Shown: piece by piece, positions 1 through 7,928 of the stretch
Layout of the letters: each line of letters opens with the position of its first letter
Numbering within the stretch: the stretch's first letter is position 1
Origin: a virus
Taxonomy: Duplodnaviria; Caudoviricetes
DNA length: 26,127 nucleotides
IMG/VR virus record: IMGVR_UViG_3300025018_003594
Location: 1 to 26,127 of that record
Strand: one strand, 5' to 3'
Position numbers and translations under genes: made by a program
Notes under the pieces: model-generated
Seen by the model: the letters and a program-made list of their open reading frames with translations, nothing else
Told to the model about the DNA's origin: nothing
Database searches by the model: none

Positions 1-155
1 CCGCCAAAGTCCCTTGGTTGCTCCAAGACCCATCACCTATGCTCAAATAGGTTGATGACACCTACTAAATTTTCTACTCAAACCATTAGTATCTCCAATT
101 AGTCCTGTAATGGTAAAAAACTCAGAAATATCGCTAAAGGTAAAAGTCGTTGGTT

Positions 156-1217
156 CTAAGGTTTTTTTAATAATGTTAGTTCCAAGGATTCTAAACCACC
201 AATTGGATATTCACTAAATGGTATAAGAATATACTCTTTTTCATCTTCACCTTTTACATATAACTTACCATCATCTTTTTTATATATATTTGAAACAATT
301 TTTCCATCTGGTTTTCGATGAAATTTACCTTTTAATACTGCCAGTTCAACTCTTGATTCAGGATCGTTGGGGTCTGGCATAAGCATCATAGCTAAAGTAG
401 AACCTCCAAAAGTTTTAAATCCATATTTTTTGTTTTCTCCTACAACTTGTTCTGACCATCCATGAGTTCTTGTTAAATGAAAGGCTGCTAGCTGAATATC
501 ATCTGCGTGTGTCTGAAGTAAAAGGTATGCCAATGTTTTATATTGTTCTTCAATATGATCGTCACTAACGCCACTTCCAAAAACAGCTACTTGTCCAAAA
601 GGAACTTCTTTGACATCTAAAGTAGCTTTAGTTGTTCTACTTCCTAATACATTTTCAAATGATACCAAAGCATTTTGTTTAAAACCTTTAATTTCTACAC
701 AATCAATATCTCCATTAGCACATTTAAAAATCTCTATAGCATTATCTAAAAATAATCTATTTGATTTAGGAGCATATTTTAAAGCTTTAATTATATTTGA
801 ACACTCTTCTTTATTTAGTTTCATTGGAACTAAATCAACTAAACCGATAAGTCCACTAATTGCCGTATCTTTTGCCGGTCTAGAAGTAACTTCTTTTAGG
901 TTTGAAACTTCTATTAAGCTTTCTCTTGCTAAATTAATTAATAACTCAACTGGGTCTTCATTTACTTCTATACCTATTTCTCTTTTTTTAAGAAGTTCTT
1001 TAAATTTATTAACATAATTTTTAGTGAGAGTTTTTTTAAATAAGGTTGCTGTTTGACAATCTCCAGCTACAGCTAATGCAGGACCACCTGTTATGATCTC
1101 ACACTTTTGACAATTATCTTTATAAAAAGGTTTTCCAGAAATTGGTTTATGGGTTACTCTCGTGTCAGTTGCAATACAAACTCCTGACCAAGTTCTACAT
1201 CCTGCTATTAAAGTCAT
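156..1217 (-). CDS. Divergent proteasome-beta/HslV-like Ntn-hydrolase (putative threonine protease), 353 aa
   Basis: After Met removal: T1-LIAG...GVCIAT-D17-T-R19-VT, a Lys33 equivalent (NCQK), a Gly47 equivalent (AVAGD), a later FGSG and TFGG. This is the proteasome-beta pattern with long insertions. Confidence 0.6.
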   Translation of the reverse strand: MTLIAGCRTWSGVCIATDTRVTHKPISGKPFYKDNCQKCEIITGGPALAVAGDCQTATLFKKTLTKNYVNKFKELLKKREIGIEVNEDPVELLINLARESLIEVSNLKEVTSRPAKDTAISGLIGLVDLVPMKLNKEECSNIIKALKYAPKSNRLFLDNAIEIFKCANGDIDCVEIKGFKQNALVSFENVLGSRTTKATLDVKEVPFGQVAVFGSGVSDDHIEEQYKTLAYLLLQTHADDIQLAAFHLTRTHGWSEQVVGENKKYGFKTFGGSTLAMMLMPDPNDPESRVELAVLKGKFHRKPDGKIVSNIYKKDDGKLYVKGEDEKEYILIPFSEYPIGGLESLELTLLKKP

Positions 1218-1240
1218 AGCATGATTATAGCTCTAGTTTT

Positions 1241-2548
1241 CTAAATTATATTCAATTGTCTATCTTTCAACTCAAATTTAGTTTTCACTCCCTTCAGAAT
1301 TTTCAGTCTTTCTTCCGGAGTTCCGTATTGTAGAACGTGTAATAAATATTCTCTTAAAATTTCAGTCTGAGTTGTATTTAGCTCCGAGAATTCATTACTT
1401 CCACTGTTGTGCGGAGTTGATTGAAATTGTGGAGTAAATTTATCAATTACTGTCGCTTTAAAGTGTTGCAGACGTTTTACTTCTTCTCCAAATTCTTCCG
1501 AGAGATATTTCGCGTTCAGCTTAATATTAGGTAGATGTTCAATTAACTGCTTAATTAATTCTCGCTCAGTAATATACGGTTCCTTGCAACTATATTTTTT
1601 AATGCGATTGCAGTGGTAATAAATATGAGTGTTAACTTTATTTGCCTTCGTTCTTCTATATTTAATTTCAGCTGTCACACTTCCTCCGCATGATCCACAT
1701 TTACATATTTTCTTAAATGGGAATAATTGTTTATTCCATTGCTTCGGTGCTACTTGTAGTTGTATCTGAACTTTTTCAAATAAAGTTTTGGTGATAATAG
1801 TTTTGTGAGTTCCCTTGTACCAGTTATCTCCGTACTTAAATTCTCCATAATAAAATGGATTTTGTAGTGCCACATAGACTTTGCTTAAAGCTAATTTACA
1901 TCCGCTTTTAGTTGTAAATCCGATATCATCAAGCCACTTCTTAACCATCCTTCCTGAGTATCCTTGATTAGCAACCTTGTTAAACATTTCTTTAATTACT
2001 GGAGCTCGCTCTTTATCTTGTTCTACAGTTGAAATTCTATTAGCTTTTAACACGTTGTTATATCCAATTGGTGCAAGTCCTGGCCTAATTCCAAACTCGC
2101 ATTTATTTCTCAGACCTCTTTTAACATTCACACCTCGGTTGTCATTTTCTAGCTTTGCTTGTGAGCAAAGAATCATTAATAAAAACTTTTCATTAGGATT
2201 ATTAGTAAACGACTGTGAGTAGGTTTTTATATGAGAGAGTTTTCCTTGATCCATTAAATCTACTATTCTCCCCAAATCTCCAGCATTACGACTCAATCTG
2301 TCAGGGGCCCATGTAAGTATTGCATTGAATTTTCCCTCATGAAGTCTGTTTAAGAGAGTATTAAATTCAGGTCTTTGTCCAGATTCTTTCGCAGAATGGC
2401 TTTCAGTAATGGTTTCAACAACATAAATTTTTTCCCGTTTGGCAATCTTAAGCATTTCAGAAATCTGACCATCTATGCTCATGGCTTGTCGTTCATCTGA
2501 CTCTGATGATTTGCGTGCATATAGGCAATATTTTATTTCGTCTGACAT
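1241..2548 (-). CDS. Large serine recombinase (resolvase + recombinase + Zn-ribbon domains), 435 aa
   Basis: YARKSS catalytic Ser motif, SAK..RPEF, DRLSRN, NPFYYG, and Zn ribbon CKCGSCG...YYHC...C. AAAGGA Shine-Dalgarno (SD) site upstream. Confidence 0.93.
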   Translation of the reverse strand: MSDEIKYCLYARKSSESDERQAMSIDGQISEMLKIAKREKIYVVETITESHSAKESGQRPEFNTLLNRLHEGKFNAILTWAPDRLSRNAGDLGRIVDLMDQGKLSHIKTYSQSFTNNPNEKFLLMILCSQAKLENDNRGVNVKRGLRNKCEFGIRPGLAPIGYNNVLKANRISTVEQDKERAPVIKEMFNKVANQGYSGRMVKKWLDDIGFTTKSGCKLALSKVYVALQNPFYYGEFKYGDNWYKGTHKTIITKTLFEKVQIQLQVAPKQWNKQLFPFKKICKCGSCGGSVTAEIKYRRTKANKVNTHIYYHCNRIKKYSCKEPYITERELIKQLIEHLPNIKLNAKYLSEEFGEEVKRLQHFKATVIDKFTPQFQSTPHNSGSNEFSELNTTQTEILREYLLHVLQYGTPEERLKILKGVKTKFELKDRQLNII

Positions 2549-2571
2549 ATTTTTCCTTTCATCAAGGACAC

Positions 2572-2599
2572 AAGGTACCGCGATTCTGCTTGAAGTCTA
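2572..2599 (-). promoter_or_regulatory. Putative promoter TAGACT-N16-TACCTT upstream of the recombinase (copy 1)
   Basis: Minus strand: TAGACT (2599-2594), 16 nt, TACCTT (2577-2572). The same hexamers and spacing recur at 2771-2798. Confidence 0.5.
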
Positions 2600-2621
2600 G
2601 TTGTGAAATAAGAGCAGATTA

Positions 2622-2762
2622 CTAACATTTTTCTATTTCTTTTTTAAGTTTTTTACTGTGTTTGAAAAATTTATCAATAAGATCTCTATCGCCTGTAATT
2701 AGGTAATGGTAAAAATAGTATTCACAACGTTTAATGAGTTTGAGAATTTTGTCCTTGTTCAT
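2622..2762 (-). CDS. Small basic hypothetical protein, 46 aa (not in the ORF track)
   Basis: ATG 2762 to TAG 2622: MNKDKILKLIKRCEYYFYHYLITGDRDLIDKFFKHSKKLKKEIEKC. It fills the gap between the two promoter-like repeats and starts 8 nt after the TACCTT box. Confidence 0.45.
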   Translation of the reverse strand: MNKDKILKLIKRCEYYFYHYLITGDRDLIDKFFKHSKKLKKEIEKC

Positions 2763-2770
2763 ATGAGGAC

Positions 2771-2798
2771 AAGGTATCGCTAAAAAATGACAAGTCTA
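2771..2798 (-). promoter_or_regulatory. Putative promoter TAGACT-N16-TACCTT (copy 2)
   Basis: Minus strand: TAGACT (2798-2793), 16 nt, TACCTT (2776-2771). Duplicate of the motif at 2572-2599. Confidence 0.5.
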
Positions 2799-2973
2799 GC
2801 CGAGAAAATACTAACTATTTTCTTCAATTAGTTCAGTATCTTCATGAGTAATTGTGCCGATCTCACCCATAAAATGAAAATTAACTAAACCATGCTCATA
2901 AGCACTAATTAAATACTCTGAATTCTTCTTAATTTTATTTTTCAAAAATTTTTTATTCTTCCGTTGCAGAAAA

Positions 2974-2995
2974 CCCCAGCTTTTTAAAGCTGGGG
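2974..2995. repeat. IS left-end subterminal hairpin
   Basis: CCCCAGCTTT-TT-AAAGCTGGGG, perfect 10-bp stem. Confidence 0.9.
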
Positions 2996-3050
2996 ATGAA
3001 TGGCGGCTTTTAGCTGGAGGGTAAAAACGCATATCTAGTATACTTGTGGC

Positions 3051-3470
3051 ATGAGTTTGAAATATTGGACAGGTAGCCATACAAAACATAGATTGAGATA
3101 TCATTTGGTATGGATACCAAAGTATCGGAAGAGAGTCTTGAGAGGCAAAATATCAAAGAGGTTGAAGACATTGTTTTATGAGGCTTGCCAGGTAAATAGA
3201 TGGTGGATAGATGAAATAAAGATCTTGGAAGATCACGTTCATATGTTGATACAGATAAAGCCGAATGAGAGTGTAGCTGAGGTAGTTCAAAGACTAAAAG
3301 GTGGAAGTAGCAGAATCATAAGGAAAGAATATCCAGAATTGGAAGACTTTTTATGGGGAGATAGCTTTTGGGCAGATGGGTATTTTGCCGAGACAGTAGG
3401 ACAAGTGAATGAAGGAGTAATTAAGAACTATATTAAGAATCAACATGCAACAAGTATTGATGGCTTTTAG
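3051..3470 (+). CDS. tnpA: IS200/IS605 Y1 (HUH) transposase, 139 aa
   Basis: YHLVWIPKYR, HUH motif DHVHML, LKGGSS, FWADGYF and catalytic Tyr in NYIKNQ. Confidence 0.96.
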   Translation: MSLKYWTGSHTKHRLRYHLVWIPKYRKRVLRGKISKRLKTLFYEACQVNRWWIDEIKILEDHVHMLIQIKPNESVAEVVQRLKGGSSRIIRKEYPELEDFLWGDSFWADGYFAETVGQVNEGVIKNYIKNQHATSIDGF

Positions 3471-3485
3471 CCATCATGCATGAAG

Positions 3486-3505
3486 CTCCGGCTTTTAAGC
3501 CGGAG
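3486..3505. repeat. IS right-end subterminal hairpin
   Basis: CTCCGGCTT-TT-AAGCCGGAG. A further hairpin TGATGGCT-TTT-AGCCATCA (3458-3476) spans the tnpA stop. Confidence 0.9.
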
Positions 3506-3796
3506 AGATTGTTCACTGGAATTTGCCATAAAAAATGAACCTAATACAAAAAATAATCCAACTATTAATCGTACGAAGTCTAGAGAAAACAATCCAGTGA
3601 TAGCAACAAAGATTCCAAAAATTAAAGTATAACTTTTAATTGATGACTTCTTTCTTAATTCTTTATCTGTAAAAACAAGTTTTAAATCATCTTTTGTTAT
3701 TTTTTTCTTATAAACAGGAAAGGCTTTATTTTTGTTAAGTTTTTCTACTAAATCGTTAAGTGCAATTTGTTTTTTCATATCATCACCAATTATAGA

Positions 3797-4891
3797 CTAA
3801 ATCATATCACTAGTATTTTGCGATAAAGTTTTAAATAGTGAGACCAACTTCTCAGTATCAACATCTGCCAAGTCCCATTTCGCAACAATTCCATATTTAG
3901 ATTCACCTGATAGTGGATTGGTTGGAATTTTAATTACTGATTTAATTGCCTCTAAAATTTCTGATTGCCTATCTAGATTATTACACCAAAAGTCTAAGTG
4001 CTTACTTGGTTGCCCATTATTTACTCCAGTTGCCACTGTTAACGAGTTTCTTTCATTACTATCAAATGAATAATAGAAATTAATATTTTTAGGAGTTTTT
4101 CTACTAGATAGACCTGATGCTACAATTTCTCCTGAGGATATTTTTCCACTAAGTGAGATGATTTCTTGAATAACTCTCTGAATTTTTGGTTCAAATGCTT
4201 CAACAAATTCTTCATCTGAGATAACTACAGTATTGAGTTTTTTACTAGCAACATCCTTTTTTACTTCTGCTCCAAATAACTTGGGGATCATGATTTCAAA
4301 ACTATCATGTTGATAATATTCAAGCTCAACTCCATAAATATCAAATTTACTATTTTGGTTCATGTAGAGAATTAAGTCTTTTAGTTGGTCATGTAGATTA
4401 TCCATGAGAACTACAAACTTGAAGTTACCCTCACTAAGATTGTGTTTCATTCTTTCTAAAACTATCTGCACCTCTTCATCATCAAGACCATAATACTCAC
4501 TGACCTTATCAGTCACTGATTGACCAAATTGTTTCTGAACGTGCTTGTTTAATTTGAGTAGAAAATCATCGAAATCTGACTGCGATTTCCAAAGCGATGC
4601 TCCATAATCTAAAACCTGAGCAACAACTGTTCTTTTATCTGGATTTTTATACAATTTAGTTTCAACTAAGTAAATCTCTCCATCGCGATCTATACCAACT
4701 GCATCAATGGGACCGCTATTTGTTCCAAATTCACGAGCTAGAATCAAAAGTTGAATATCATCTTTAATGTCATAAAGTGGAATACTCTCTGGGTTGTCAT
4801 AGATATATTCTTGCAATCTATTTTCTAAACCAAAGCTAAGCTTGTCTAATTTAGTAGCATTTTTTCCATTTTGTGAGACGATGATTGGCAT
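3797..4891 (-). CDS. NucS/EndoMS-like PD-(D/E)XK endonuclease domain protein with unknown C-terminal domain, 364 aa
   Basis: LENRLQEYI...AREF..GPIDAVGID..GEIYLVETKL...R.VVAQVLDY: E..D..ExK..Q...Y pattern of NucS-like nucleases. Confidence 0.75.
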   Translation of the reverse strand: MPIIVSQNGKNATKLDKLSFGLENRLQEYIYDNPESIPLYDIKDDIQLLILAREFGTNSGPIDAVGIDRDGEIYLVETKLYKNPDKRTVVAQVLDYGASLWKSQSDFDDFLLKLNKHVQKQFGQSVTDKVSEYYGLDDEEVQIVLERMKHNLSEGNFKFVVLMDNLHDQLKDLILYMNQNSKFDIYGVELEYYQHDSFEIMIPKLFGAEVKKDVASKKLNTVVISDEEFVEAFEPKIQRVIQEIISLSGKISSGEIVASGLSSRKTPKNINFYYSFDSNERNSLTVATGVNNGQPSKHLDFWCNNLDRQSEILEAIKSVIKIPTNPLSGESKYGIVAKWDLADVDTEKLVSLFKTLSQNTSDMI

Positions 4892-4917
4892 ATTTTTGTT
4901 CTTTCTTCCTGATCAAA

Positions 4918-4983
4918 TGATAAGCTAGAGTTAGCAATAAATCAAGGCCAATACCAGAGGTAATTGCTAACTCTCACTTAGTG
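4918..4983. promoter_or_regulatory. Pair of imperfect 19-bp operators in the divergent nuclease/XRE promoter region
   Basis: TGATAAGC-TAG-AGTTAGCA (4918-4936) and TGCTAACT-CTC-ACTTAGTG (4965-4983). They include a perfect 12-bp inverted repeat AGAGTTAGCAAT (4927-4938) / ATTGCTAACTCT (4963-4974). Confidence 0.6.
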
Positions 4984-5017
4984 GAGTAATCAGATGTTTT
5001 CCAGAACAATGGGAAGC

Positions 5018-5230
5018 ATGAGGAAAAACGCCAAACTTCCCAAAGTTTTGGGTAAGAAGGTACAACGCCAGCGTAAAAAGATCGGTCTCTCACAAGAAGC
5101 AGTTGCAGATAAAGTGGGCATTAGTCGTGCTTATATGGGTTATATTGAGCAAGGTCGAAATATCCCTTCACTAGAAGTGCTAGAAAAAGTTGCCAAGGTA
5201 CTAAAAGTTAAACTCAACGAACTTCTTTAG
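5018..5230 (+). CDS. XRE/Cro-C1 family HTH transcriptional regulator (about 70 aa; alternative starts from 4994)
   Basis: R...GLSQEAVADKVGISRAYMGYIEQGRNIPSLEVLEKVAKVL is a canonical HTH_3 pattern. Confidence 0.92.
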   Translation: MRKNAKLPKVLGKKVQRQRKKIGLSQEAVADKVGISRAYMGYIEQGRNIPSLEVLEKVAKVLKVKLNELL

Positions 5231-6783
5231 TCCCAACCCTCAGGATCATTCTCTAGTGTTCTTAAATTAAACTTTTCACTCCTTCTTCTACCCAGTAACG
5301 GATCAAAATCATAAAGATTATTAACGAAATGAACTCTAACTACCTCAGATTGTAATGAGTTAGGAGTTGTTCCATTCTTGGCGTATTCCATGATTTGCAG
5401 AACAAGTAAAGTAAAGGCATCCATTAAATCGTCATGAGACTCTGTACCAAAATTAACCATCTGATTTACTAGCTCAGTTGAAGCATCTTTGGGAAAATGA
5501 ATCTGGCCTCGTCTTATCCAATATGCCACTGCTGCTAATCGCTCTAACTTGTTAAGATTGCCAACTTGCACATCATGAGCATCAATACCTTCATGTAACA
5601 ACTGCTGTGTTAAAGATTGTTGATAGCTAGTACTTTCAATGAATAAATGAGTTTGTGGATACACTTTTTTAAAGTCCATTAAAAAATCAATGGTTTCTCT
5701 AAAATTAAATCTTTCATTAGTGGGATTGCGGTCAATGAAGACGTGATACTCATCGTTATGTCTATAAACAGAACCAGACACAACAGCGGTATAGTCAGCT
5801 TTATCATTTTTACTAATAGCCAAATCAACTCCAGCCGCTCTGAATTGAAAATATGGTTCCCAGCCAGTGGGAATATCGTCATACCATCTAATATCTTCAT
5901 AACGAACCAGCTGATCTTCATCGGCTACTACCTTCAGCAGATACTCACGTGCCCAAATTCGATCATCGGCAATCTTAGCTTTTTCCTGATTAATACTTTC
6001 TAGTGTGGGATACATTTCCGGCCAAGCAATTTGACCATCATCATTAATCATTGGAACAAATAATTCTCTTCCATTTAAGTTCTTTGCTCTGATTGACTCT
6101 CTTAAATTTGCTAAAAGTGAATTGGGATGCAAATAGTTACCAATCATAATAATCTTGGTATTTTTATCTCCCAAAGGGGCAATCTCACTACTGTAAAGTT
6201 CTTGCATCCTTTTTCTACCTTCTTTAGTTTTAACTGAAGATGAGTCTTCCATATCATCACAAACAATAAAATCTGGTCGGTGTTGTTTGTAGCGAACTCC
6301 ACGAATGCTTTGATCAATAGAAACAGCAGAAATTTTGGCTCCATAAATCGAGAACTCTAATGACATTGAGTTCCAAGTATTATTAGTTTCTTTAAATGGA
6401 CCCAGATCACTTCTGAGCAACTCATTCACTTCAAGCTCTGCCTTGATGCTAGCCATATGGGATCGAGCCTGTTCTTGAGTCTGACAAACAATCAGCACAT
6501 GTTTCTTAGCTTGAACTCCCATGATCATCCATAACGGAGCAATGGTTGTAAGCAGGGTTGATTTACCCGATCCTCTAAATGTAATTGCTACAGCAAAAGG
6601 ACATTTCTCGTCTTCAGCAATTTGAAGCATGTCATATTGGAACTGAGCAAAACCACAGCTGAAGTAGTGTGGGAAGTAGATAGTAGAAAAATATAAAATA
6701 CTTTCCCTTGTTAAGTTGGCTCTCATGTTTTGATCAGAAACTATAGTTTCTAATAGTTTTTCATTGATTAATTTATTTTTCAT
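5227..6783 (-). CDS. terL: Phage terminase large subunit-like protein, 518 aa
   Basis: Walker A FRGSGKST, IRG...RPDFIVCDD Walker B, W.REY, and RNase H-like nuclease motifs GVDLA, DYTA, FIES, HDDLMDA. Confidence 0.88.
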   Translation of the reverse strand: MKNKLINEKLLETIVSDQNMRANLTRESILYFSTIYFPHYFSCGFAQFQYDMLQIAEDEKCPFAVAITFRGSGKSTLLTTIAPLWMIMGVQAKKHVLIVCQTQEQARSHMASIKAELEVNELLRSDLGPFKETNNTWNSMSLEFSIYGAKISAVSIDQSIRGVRYKQHRPDFIVCDDMEDSSSVKTKEGRKRMQELYSSEIAPLGDKNTKIIMIGNYLHPNSLLANLRESIRAKNLNGRELFVPMINDDGQIAWPEMYPTLESINQEKAKIADDRIWAREYLLKVVADEDQLVRYEDIRWYDDIPTGWEPYFQFRAAGVDLAISKNDKADYTAVVSGSVYRHNDEYHVFIDRNPTNERFNFRETIDFLMDFKKVYPQTHLFIESTSYQQSLTQQLLHEGIDAHDVQVGNLNKLERLAAVAYWIRRGQIHFPKDASTELVNQMVNFGTESHDDLMDAFTLLVLQIMEYAKNGTTPNSLQSEVVRVHFVNNLYDFDPLLGRRRSEKFNLRTLENDPEGWD

Positions 6784-7186
6784 TTGATTTTCCTTTCATA
6801 ATTAGTGAGGCATGTTTTAAAGCCTCTTGAATAAGTTCTTGTTGCTCCGAAGTGAGCGTTCCATCTTTTACTTTTGTGGTTACCTCAATTTTATTGCTGT
6901 AAGCAGAGTGGCGATGATTAAGCCAATAGAAAATAGCAGAGATATTGCGATCACGAATGGCTGATAATAATTGACTCTCTGCCATGTCATTTACTAGAGA
7001 AACACCTTCTACCAGAGCTTGATCTGCCTCTTTGGCGAATTCTTTATCTTCTTCCTTCCACCTATAAAATGTAGATCGTGCAATGCCTGTTTTCTCACAG
7101 GCTATTTGCACCACAGGAGTTTTCTTCAGCTGGTCGATCATCAACTGTCTATTTTGTTGAGTTCTATCTTGAAGATCATTTGACAT
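6773..7186 (-). CDS. HTH protein, putative terminase small subunit (137 aa from ATG 7186)
   Basis: VQIACEKTGIARSTFYRWKEEDKEF HTH followed by helices and AIFYWL. Overlaps terL. AAAGGA SD precedes ATG 7186. Confidence 0.65.
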   Translation of the reverse strand: MSNDLQDRTQQNRQLMIDQLKKTPVVQIACEKTGIARSTFYRWKEEDKEFAKEADQALVEGVSLVNDMAESQLLSAIRDRNISAIFYWLNHRHSAYSNKIEVTTKVKDGTLTSEQQELIQEALKHASLIMKGKSNEK

Positions 7187-7928
7187 GAGAATCCTTTCTG
7201 ACACTAGCTTTAAATCCAGTGAGTTTCTCCCAGCGATTCACAATTACTTGACAGTATTCGGGCTCCAACTCAATTCCTATACACTTACGAAGCGTCTGAT
7301 GAGCCGCCAATAGAGTTGTGCCACTACCTAAGAATGGGTCGTAGACTGTTTCTTCAATCTGCGTGCTATTTAGAATTAGCCTACGAATAAGAGAGATCGG
7401 CTTCATAGTGGCGTGATATTTACTCTTTTGTGGTTTAGGTGCATAGAGAACAGACTTATCCTGAGCCTTGTAAAACTTGTGAGTGCCAAACCAGCCAAAA
7501 GCTATTAATTCATGAGCAGGTAAATAATCCAATCTTGCCATAGTTGATTGGTTCTTCACCCACACCAACAACTGAGAGAACTTAAATCCAGACTGGATCA
7601 TAGCTTCCCGTAGAGCGAAGATCATTTTGTCTGAGTTCCAACAATAGATTGAATTCTTCTTGGCTAGAGATGGTTTGACCGTTTCTAACCAGTCTTTAGT
7701 GAATTGAATATACTCTTTGTCAGACTGAAGATGGTCATTTACTAGTGGTTTATGAGCTGTGGGGTTCATAGATGACTGAGCTATTGTCACGCCATACGGA
7801 GGATCCGTTTGGATAGAATGAATAGTGTTTTCTCCAATCACTTTTTTTACAAACTCTGTATCTGTGCTACTTCCACATCCCAAAGTGTGCTCACCAAGTT
7901 GAAGGATCATGCCTTGTGTTATTTGCAT
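7176..7928 (-). CDS. Beta-class N6-A/N4-C DNA methyltransferase, 250 aa
   Basis: TDPPYG precedes HATMKP and YDPFLGSGTT (catalytic motif IV before SAM-binding motif I). AGGAGG SD. Confidence 0.92.
   Translation of the reverse strand: MQITQGMILQLGEHTLGCGSSTDTEFVKKVIGENTIHSIQTDPPYGVTIAQSSMNPTAHKPLVNDHLQSDKEYIQFTKDWLETVKPSLAKKNSIYCWNSDKMIFALREAMIQSGFKFSQLLVWVKNQSTMARLDYLPAHELIAFGWFGTHKFYKAQDKSVLYAPKPQKSKYHATMKPISLIRRLILNSTQIEETVYDPFLGSGTTLLAAHQTLRKCIGIELEPEYCQVIVNRWEKLTGFKASVRKDSHVK

Larger units (their letters stand above)
2957..3516 (+). mobile_element. IS200/IS605-family insertion sequence, tnpA only, 560 bp
   Basis: Y1 transposase flanked by subterminal hairpins. Target TTAT (2953-2956) matches guide AAAA (2970-2973), and right end TCAC (3513-3516) matches guide GAAG (3482-3485). 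No target duplication. Removal restores the host ORF in frame. Confidence 0.88.
2811..3778 (-). pseudogene. Two-TM hypothetical membrane protein gene interrupted by the IS200/IS605 element
   Basis: Joining 3778-3517 to 2956-2811 gives a 408-nt open frame (135 aa): ...LIVGLFFVLGSFFMANS-N-KKFLKNKIKKNSEYLISAYEHG... The track ORFs 3467..3778 and 2811..3104 are its two halves fused to IS sequence. Confidence 0.75.

Noticed and set aside
1-155. att site, tRNA or partial gene at the left edge
   Set aside because: No tRNA fold and no convincing repeat shared with the right end. A minus-strand start at 33 gives only 11 codons before the edge, too little to call.
2811-3104. 97-aa minus-strand ORF as an independent gene
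   Set aside because: Its first half is antisense IS sequence. Only 2811-2956 is the tail of the interrupted membrane-protein gene.
3471-3516. TnpB/omega-RNA system in the IS
   Set aside because: The right end follows tnpA within 46 bp, leaving no room for tnpB.
3467-3778. 103-aa ORF as a complete gene
   Set aside because: The last ~16 codons run into the IS right end, so it is the truncated 5' half of the interrupted gene.
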